Part shown: piece after piece, positions 55,141-64,000 of the stretch
Numbering within the stretch: the stretch's first letter is position 1
Layout of the letters: each line of letters begins with the position of its first letter
NCBI GenBank assembly: GCA_002269645.1
Contig: NIVC01000263.1
Span: 124,001 to 188,000 of the forward strand
Reading direction: 5' to 3'
Length of the DNA stretch: 64,000 bases
Source of the DNA: Macrostomum lignano
Lineage: Eukaryota
Position numbers and translations under genes: made by a program
Notes under the pieces: generated by a model
What the model was told of the DNA's origin: nothing
The model's input: the letters and a program-made list of their open reading frames with translations, nothing else
The model's database searches: none

Positions 55141-56159
55141 CTAAAATCTACCTTTATCCATACTCTCTCCCAGTCATAATTTGCTCACGATGGCGCGAAC
55201 AGCCTCCACCCAATCGAGGGCACGGGATCTTCAATCGAAGGAATTATTTTTCCTCTTCAAACTCAACAGCACACAAAGAAAATAAAGAGTTAACTTATGC
55301 AAGCTCACAGTCCCTAACTGAACCCTCACCGCCTCTCACGATAATCCCCCCCACGTAGGATTATTGCGCAACTCACAATAAGCCAATACACAGTTGGTCA
55401 AATCGTCACAAATATTCTGAGGGGCAGCTAATCTGTCTGCACTTAATCCCTTGTAAAAACAACATATTAATATTTAGTAGAGCAAAACGAGGTTGCTGAA
55501 GCACCTGTGACAGAATAGTTTTTTGTCGGATGGAGACAGAGAAGGAGGCTGGGGCTGAATCGGATGGCGACCCTTCGATTGCGTCATCGCTGAGACTGTG
55601 TGGGGATTACGGCATAAGCCGACAACCCGAAAGGAGACCAATATTGGGGATTAATATCCCACCGACCCTCGAGCTAGGCAGGCAGCCAAGCTGCAGGTCA
55701 GGGCGTAAGCAAATCCTCTTGAACAGACATGGGCAACCCGGAAAGCATCATTTGTCGCTTCTGTGCTTCTTTTCACAATTTGTCAATGCAGACAGGGGCG
55801 CTTTGTTTTTGGGAATTCGGCCTCGGTTGAGTGAGTCGAGTATTTTTCCGCAAAAAATTGCATGGGAAAGCTTTTGATTAGCTATGAGATATGAGAACCT
55901 CTCTGGTCAATTCAGAATTTTTTCACGTGTCAGAAATTTTGAAATATTCAAGTCAGGATGACAGCCTTTCTTAGCCAGTCTAATAGCATAAAAGTCGGTC
56001 AATCCACGGCTCTACGAGTGGAATGGGTGCATGTGCAGGTTCTGTCTATGGCCCGAATCTGTACTTTCAGGCTGTAACGGAGGGTCAGTCTCTAATCTGA
56101 CCCTCTACTTGATCTTGAATTTCACACCAGTCTTAGGGACTTGTACAGTCTCCCCAATC

Positions 56160-56470
56160 TCCATCTCTGTTTCCGCTCTCTCCCTCTCCCTCTCCCTCTC
56201 TCAATCTCCCTCTCTCCCCCTCCCTCTCCCTCTCTCCCTCTCCCTCTCCCTCTCCCTCTCTCTCACACTCCCTCTCTCTCTCTCTCTCCCTCCTCTTCTC
56301 ACAATCTCTCTCCGTCTCCCTCTCTCTCCCTTTCTCTCTCCCTCTCTCTCCCTCTCTCTCTCCCTCCCCTTCTCACAAACTCTCTTCCTCTCCCTCTCCC
56401 TCTCTCCCCCCTCTCTTCTTCCTTCCTTCTTTTTTTCTACTTCTCTTTCTCCTTCCTCTCTCTCCCACTT
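56160..56470. repeat. CT-rich low-complexity repeat
   Basis: Seen directly in the sequence. Confidence 0.9.
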
Positions 56471-57259
56471 CCTTCACCGATTTCACTGCTAACTCTCTTA
56501 GCTGCAGGGCGGTCCGAAGACGCAGCGGGGAGGCGAGCGTCGCCCATTCCGCTAACTGCTAACTCCCGGACTGCATGCATTTGAAATTGCAACACCCTTT
56601 CAGTTGCAAATTGAAAATCGAGATAGTTTGAATAAAAATCTTCAATACAGAAAAGATTTTGCCCAAACCTGGCTGACTTGTAGTTGGAATCTACTTGAGT
56701 AAGATTCAAGGTCGAACTGACTCAAGCCACACTCTGAATAAGGCCAGTCCCGTGTAGCGAGAACTGCTAAAGGGAACTCAAAGTATCGAGCGAGACACGC
56801 ATCGCTTTGAGTCGCGAAACTCATCCAGCCGAACCCCAACTTGCGACATAAGTTTTATTTCGTATTAATAAACACTTTGCAGGAGAATTTTCACGCACAC
56901 AGAGGCCCCACTTCCGGACGGGAGAGGTGGCCTGTCCCGGCAGGTCACGTGACCGGCGACCGACTTGCCAACACAGAGAAAATTTTCCCATTGTGTAATT
57001 ATCTAAGAAAGGAATTTATTCCCGAATTTGTCTGCCCGCTGCACTGACCCTGCCCAGCACCGGAACTGAGGAGTTCTGGGAGGCGGGAGGGCGACAGATG
57101 CGGAGTAAAAACCCGGATCCAAGTTTGCTTGAGCTCGGGGGAAACGGAGAGTTCCGGGAAAAAGAAGCCCGAAAACAAACAATGGGATGGCAGACTGGGC
57201 CTTTTTGCTGCTTTTTTTATCCCCATGCTGTCAGTGAGCTTCGGTATTGCCGTAAATAA

Positions 57260-58012
<753 letters not shown>

Positions 58013-58421
58013 CCTTCTGTCTTATTCTCTCTGTCACTCATTCAATTTGTTTGCAATTTAGAGGACCCTCCGGCATTGTTGCATCTAGTGAGTGAATAAA
58101 TATTTGTTATTTCAACAAGCTAGGCTGAGAGATGTGGAGAAGTCACAAGAGATCTTCATTCTGTTTGGCATGGGCTACTGAGACAAGGAAATTATCAGGC
58201 TACTCAACAGTGATGGCAAACATTCATCTGTCATGTTTGGGATTGAATTAGCTGCACTTGAGATGCCAGAGGCTGTTTAATTGAAGTAGCCAGGAGGCAC
58301 TCCGAATGGGGCTCGCACAGTTTAGCATAAAAAGCAACATTCTGCTGACAGATCCGGCTTCGCTGCTGCTTGTCTAAACTGTATTTCGTTCATTAATTCT
58401 AAGCAACAGAAGAAATTATCA

Positions 58422-58473
58422 ATGACGAAAAGCTCACGCATGAAGCTGCTGCGGCTGCTCTGCTGCTCGTTGG
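58422..58473 (+). CDS. Putative PAN/apple-domain secreted protein exon 1 (signal peptide)
   Basis: MTKSSRMKLLRLLCCSL ends at donor G|GTGAGT (phase 1), which matches the acceptor at 59087. Confidence 0.5.
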
Positions 58474-58584
58474 GTGAGTTGGGCCGGACCGGTCAGATAG
58501 CAAACAATTTATCTGACTATGTAAGCTGGTGCCTTAAAGGATCCACACATAAGACCAGTATGCTCACTTGTGGCGCCTAGTCCT

Positions 58585-59035
58585 GATGGCTCCAATTGGT
58601 TATCGATGGCTTCAATTGGTCATTTATGGCTCCAATTGGTCATTGATGGCTCCAATTGGTTATTGATGGCTCCAATTGGTCATTGATGGCTCCAATTGGT
58701 CATTGATGGCTCCAATTGGTTATTGATGGCTCCAAATGGTTATCGATGGCTCCAATTGGTCATTCATGGCTCCAATTGGTCATTGATGGCTCCAATTGGT
58801 CATTCATGGCTCCAATTGGTCATTGATGGCTCCAATTGGTCATTGATGGCTCCAATTGGTTATTGATGGCTCTAATTGGTCATTGATGGCTCTAATTGGT
58901 CATTGATGGCTCCAATTGGTCATGAATGTCTCTAAATGATCATCACTGGCTCCAAATGGTCATCGATAGAGCCTAATGGTCATCGATAGGGCCTAATGGT
59001 CATCGATAGAGCCTAATAGTCATCCAATTGGCTCC
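58585..59035. repeat. 20-bp minisatellite (GATGGCTCCAATTGGTCATT)
   Basis: Fills intron 1 of the PAN-like gene. Confidence 0.94.
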
Positions 59036-59087
59036 AATGGAGTGCCGCAATGGGCATCTGACAATCGGAAGCTGATTCTGTTTCCAG

Positions 59088-59437
59088 CCGCCAGCACCCG
59101 CTCACACTCGAACCAGTTTGAGCTGATCCGCACAGACTCGGTGCTAATCGACAATGTGACAAGCAGTTCGAGCTGAATGTGACGGGAGTCCGATCCGAGA
59201 TCGAGTGCGCCACCGCCTGAATGCAGAGAAGCTGCTCAATCGCCAGCCTGGCCAACGGTTCCGACTTCTGCCGAATGATTTTTCTGGCCGACAACTCGAC
59301 CAGACCGCTGCCGAATTCGATTGCGAGCCGCGTGCGGCGACATGTTGAGGCCGGACCGTCCGATCGGCTGTGGAAAGTGGCCGACCTGGAGCTGCGGCTG
59401 GCCGCCCTGCTGCCGCCGTTTGAGAAAACTTTTTCAG
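59088..59437 (+). pseudogene. PAN/apple-like exon 2 with 1-nt deletion (~59158) and in-frame TGA (59218-59220)
   Basis: Acceptor TTTCCAG| and donor G|GTGAGT. Restored reading: SNQFELIRTDSVLIDNV(D)KQFELNVTGVRSEIECATA*MQRSCSIASL...DFCRM, a PAN-like ECxxxC pattern with the stop at the second Cys. Confidence 0.6.
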
Positions 59438-59454
59438 GTGAGTAGGCGGAAAGA

Positions 59455-61003
59455 TTGACCATCTATGACCCAATTCCGTCTATGACCCGATTCCGTCTAT
59501 GACCCGATTCCGTCTATGACCCGATTCCGTCTATGACCCGATTCTGTCTATGACCCGATTCCGTCTATGACCCGATTCCGTCTATGACCCGATTCCGTCT
59601 ATGACCCGATTCCGTCTATGACCCGATTCCGTCTATGACCCGATTCCGTCTATGACCCGATTCCGTCTATGACCCATTTCCGTTTATGAACTGATTACGT
59701 CTATGACCCGATTCCGTCTATGACCCGATTCCGTCTATGACCCGATTCCGTCTATGACCCAATTCCGTCTATGACCCGATTCTGTCTATGACCCGATTCT
59801 GTCTATGACCCGATTCTGTCTATGACCCATTTCCGTTTATGAACTGATTCCGTCTATGACCCGATTCTGTCTATGACCCGATTCCGTCTATGACCCGATT
59901 CCGTCTATGACCCGATTCTGTCTATGACCCGATTCTGTCTATGACCCAATTCCGTCTATGACCCATTTCCGTTTATGAACCGATTCTGTCTATGACCCGA
60001 TTCCGTCTATGACCCGATTCCGTCTATGACCCATTTCCGTTTATGAACTGATTCCGTCTATGACCCGATTCTGTCTATGACCCGATTCCGTCTATGACCC
60101 GATTCCGTCTATGACCCGATTCTGTCTATGACCCGATTCTGTCTATGACCCAATTCCGTCTATGACCCATTTCCGTTTATGAACCGATTCCGTCTATGAC
60201 CCGATTCTGTCTATGACCCGATTCCGTCTATGACCCGATTCCGTCTATGACCCGATTCTGTCTATGACCCGATTCCGTCTATGACCCATTTCCGTTTATG
60301 AACTGATTCCGTCTATGACCCGATTCCGTCTATGACCCAATTCCGTCTATGACCCGATTCTGTCTATGACCCGATTCTGTCTATGACCCGATTCTGTCTA
60401 TGACCCATTTCCGTTTATGAACTGATTCCGTCTATGACCCGATTCTGTCTATGACCCGATTCCGTCTATGACCCGATTCCGTCTATGACCCGATTCTGTC
60501 TATGACCCGATTCTGTCTATGACCCAATTCCGTCTATGACCCATTTCCGTTTATGAACCGATTCTGTCTATGACCCGATTCCGTCTATGACCCGATTCCG
60601 TCTATGACCCATTTCCGTTTATGAACTGATTCCGTCTATGACCCGATTCTGTCTATGACCCGATTCCGTCTATGACCCGATTCCGTCTATGACCCGATTC
60701 TGTCTATGACCCGATTCTGTCTATGACCCAATTCCGTCTATGACCCATTTCCGTTTATGAACCGATTCTGTCTATGACCCGATTCCGTCTATGACCCGAT
60801 TCTGTCTATGACCCATTTCCGTTTATGAACTGATTCCGTCTATGACCCGATTCTGTCTATGACCCGATTCCGTCTATGACCCGATTCCGTCTATGACCCG
60901 ATTCCGTCTATGACCCGATTCCGTCTATGACCCGATTCCGTCTATGACCCAATTCTGTCTATGACCCATTTCCGTTTATGAACTGATTCCGTTTATGACC
61001 CGA
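59455..61003. repeat. 17-bp minisatellite (CTATGACCCGATTCCGT) with higher-order variants
   Basis: About 90 copies. Confidence 0.96.
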
Positions 61004-61004
61004 C

Positions 61005-61735
61005 TGAGGCTATTTGCGCCAAATCTGAAGGGACTGAGGGTATTTGCGCCAAATCTGAAGGGACTGAGGGTATTTGCGCCAAATCAGAAGGACTGAGGGT
61101 ATTTGCGCCAAATCAGAAGGACTGAGGTTATCGGCGCCAAACCTGAGGGGACTGAGGGTATCCTCGCCAAATCTTAGGGATCTTAGGGTATCGGCGCCAA
61201 ATCAGAAGGGAGTGGGGGCATCGGCGCTAAATCTGAGAGACTTAAAGCATACGCACCAAATCTGAAGAGATTGAGGGAATCGGCGCCAAACCTCGGCGAT
61301 CTGAAGACATCGACACCAAATCTGAGGGATCTGAAGGGGTCGAGAATATCGGCGCCAAATCTGAGGGATCTGAAGGGACTGAGGGTATCGGCGCCAAACC
61401 TGAGGGACTGTGGGTATCGGCGCCAAATCTGAGGGATCTGGAGGGACTGAGGGTATCGGCGTCAAATCTGAGGGACTGAGGGTATCGGCTCCAAATCTGA
61501 GGGACTGAGGGTATCGGCGCCAAATCTGAGGGACTGAGGGTATCAGCGCCAAATCTGAGGGACTGAGGGTATCAGCGCCAAATCTGAGGGACTGAGGGTA
61601 TCGGCTCCAAATCTGAGGGACTGAGGGTATCGGCTCCAAATCTGAGGGACTGATGGTATCAGCGCCAAACCTGAAGGATCTGAAGACACTGAGGATATCG
61701 GCACCAAATCTGAGGGACTGAGGGTATCAGCGCCC
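61005..61735. repeat. 29-bp minisatellite (GAGGGACTGAGGGTATCGGCGCCAAATCT)
   Basis: Directly abuts the 17-bp array. Confidence 0.93.
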
Positions 61736-61764
61736 CACCCATGAGTGCCGCCATTAATCCCAAG

Positions 61765-61890
61765 CCTGTCTCCAACTCCAGGCATGGACGGGCACCAGCG
61801 GAACGAACTCCCAGCCGGAATCGATGTACAAAGGCTTCGGCGGCTCGAACGGCCAGCCCGGATTCACGAAAACGGACGCAGTGCCCCCGA
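61765..61890 (+). CDS. Putative PAN-domain gene exon 3
   Basis: GC3-rich frame CLQLQAWTGTSGTNSQPESMYKGFGGSNGQPGFTKTDAVPP. The acceptor is ambiguous (AAG 61764 or CAG 61781). Donor A|GTGTCT. Confidence 0.4.
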
Positions 61891-61891
61891 G

Positions 61892-61924
<33 letters not shown>

Positions 61925-61997
61925 TAGTGTCTTAGTGTCTGTCTTAGTGTCTTAGTGTCTTAGTGTCTTAGTGTCTGTCTGTCTGTCTGTCTGTCTG

Positions 61998-62073
<76 letters not shown>
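61892..62073. repeat. (TCTG)n with tandem TTAGTG variants
   Basis: Seen directly in the sequence. Confidence 0.95.
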
Positions 62074-62152
62074 CCCTCCCGGTCACCTCATCCTATTTGC
62101 ACCCCTGAACTGCTGTATATTTCCCCTTGACCCCACCTGTCGCTATCGTCAG

Positions 62153-62247
62153 CTGCCGACTGCTGCCGTCAGCTATCGAATGCAGTCTTTGATCGGGTCC
62201 ACATTAAGCCGGGGGTGGCGGAGCTGAACTGCCGGCCAAGCAAATAA
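62153..62247 (+). CDS. Putative PAN-domain gene exon 4 (terminal)
   Basis: Acceptor TCGTCAG|, phase 1. Reads ADCCRQLSNAVFDRVHIKPGVAELNCRPSK*. Confidence 0.45.
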
Positions 62248-62569
62248 GCTTGGGAGAATTCAATGGGATGTGACGCGTTTTATCCCGCGGATATATCCTC
62301 AGCTCCTTTGTTCTCGATCAGTTTTTGTGTGTCTTTAGCCAAAGCCTGGCCAAGCTTAGTCTAGCAAGACAAATCCCAGCCTCGAATCTCCACAAAAATT
62401 CTATTGGACAGATGCTGAACACCCTTCACCCTTTGGTTATTTTTAGTTCCCATAGCTTGGCATGGAAACGGATGTTTATTGAAATGGAGGATTTGGGCCA
62501 ACAGACCAAGTCGTGGAAATTTTACTGGCCTTTGTGACTGCTTCATATAGGATAAATGAGAGCGGAGTG

Positions 62570-63160
62570 GGAGATGGAGAGGTGAAGGAGGAGAGGTGCA
62601 AGGGGGGTCGTGAGAAGAAGAGGTGAAGGCGAGGGGTGGGAGAAGGGGAGGTGCGAGAGGGGGCGGGAGAAGGAGTGCGAGAGGGGGCGTGAGAAGTAGA
62701 GGTGAAGGAGAGGGGTGGGAGAAGGGGAGGTGCGAGAGGGGGCGGGAGAAGGAGTGTGAGAGGGGGCGTGAGAAGGAGAGGTGAAGGAGAGGGGTGGGAG
62801 AAGGGGAGGTGCAAGAGGGGGCGGGAGAAGGAGTGCGAGAGGGGGCGTGAGAAGTAGAGGTGAAGGAGAGGGGTGGGAGAAGGGGAGGTGCGAGAGGGGG
62901 CGTGAGAAGTAGAGGTGAAGGAGAGGGGTGGGAGAAGGGGAGGTGCAAGAGGGGGCGTGAGTAGGAGTGCGAGAGGGGGCGTGAGAAGGAGACGTGAAGG
63001 AGAGGAGGCGTGAGAAGGAGAGGTGAAGGAGAGAGGTGGGAGAAGGGGAGGTGCAAGAGGGGGCGGGAGAAGGAGTGCGAAAGGGGCGTGAGTAGGAGTG
63101 CGAGAGGGGGCGTGAGAAGGAGAGGTGAAGGAGAGGGGGCGGGAGAAGGGGAGGTGCAGG
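62570..63160. repeat. Purine-rich compound minisatellite
   Basis: Seen directly in the sequence. Confidence 0.9.
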
Positions 63161-64000
63161 AGGTTGATTAGATAAGAGCTAATGATGCGAGAGGTCGATC
63201 TCAAAGCACAATACAACTTTTTTGCTTAAATCTATTTCTTTATCATTAACCTACCTGTCCCAAGCCACCTGCCTCCCCCAAATTAAGCTGCATTTTGTCT
63301 GACGGAGAGGATTTCGCCAGCAACCCTCTCTGCAGCTGGAGAGGATTTGAGTTCGAGCAAAATAACCAGATTATCTTGCCCCCGCCAGTCTCCGATCCGA
63401 ACGAGGGTGGGGGGAGGAGCAGCCGCCCTTCCAGCCGCTTCTCTCTGCCGACAGCACTTAGCCAGCAAATCTTGCTTTTTCAAAGAAGGGCGGAGAAAGA
63501 AGAAGAAGAAAACGAAAAAGAAGCTGAATAAACGCCTTTTTAGCGTCTTCTTGTTTCTCTTCTAGGAGACACGGTCCAGGGCAAGTGGGGGATATGTGTG
63601 TGTGTGGAGAAAGAAGGTCTGGGAGAATCTAGGGGGGGGGGGATTTACGCCCTTTCAGTTATCCCAGTGTTCGCCCAGTGCTGATAGGGTTGCATAATCG
63701 CTGATTAGTGAGGGGAGGGGGTCACTGGCCGATGCCCCCCCCTGTCTCTATCCGCAAAGCCGAGCCCTCGGGGCCGCTTTAATGGACGGCCGGGTCCCGA
63801 GAATCGGCGCTGTTGGTTAAAGCGGCTGGCCGAAGGCCAGATCTGCAGGCCGTGGGGATGAGGAAGCAAAAATGGCTACTGAGATTTCCGCTGGCACGTC
63901 CGACAGAAAGGAAAGTGAAATTCCCCCCCCCCAGAGCCGGCCAGGGAATAATCTGGGATTTCCCGCTGTTTGGCAAAACAGGACCGCCCGCTGGGAGGAC

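Noticed and set aside
62248-62570. SECIS element for the PAN-like gene
   Set aside because: The only candidate (GTGA-CGCG...CGCG-GAT near 62273) has too short a helix and no apical AA motif.

Overview
Intron-rich animal genomic DNA, with no prokaryotic features and no CRISPR array. GC3-rich coding exons, polyQ/polyG/polyS tracts and minisatellite-filled introns suggest a flatworm such as Macrostomum; this is inference only. I assembled four spliced genes by hand from GT-AG sites with consistent phases. (1) A 9-exon ADAM-family membrane protein on + (3-25207, start codon upstream of the window) whose zinc-binding HExxHxxGxxH motif is fully lost. (2) A 5-exon LRR-Roc-COR, MFHAS1-like Roco protein on + (29662-35939). 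(3) A 2-exon type II membrane neprilysin/M13-like protein on - (45384-42541) that lacks every catalytic motif. (4) A probable 4-exon secreted PAN/apple-domain gene on + (58422-62247) with an in-frame TGA at a cysteine position. ADAM intron 3 holds a tRNA-derived SINE and a deleted mariner. The mariner is split by a full-length, roughly 5.4 kb LOA-like non-LTR retrotransposon with ORF1, APE-RT-RNase H-CCHC ORF2, a TAATG stop/start overlap and a (TAAG)n tail. A long-TIR MITE lies at 28587-29242. About 25 kb (roughly 40% by hand tally) is tandem repeat, and all 16 introns of the four genes carry their own distinct array. All eight frameshifts I found are single-base deletions in short nucleotide runs, which suggests long-read consensus errors; if so, the retroelement and the Roco gene may be intact in vivo.
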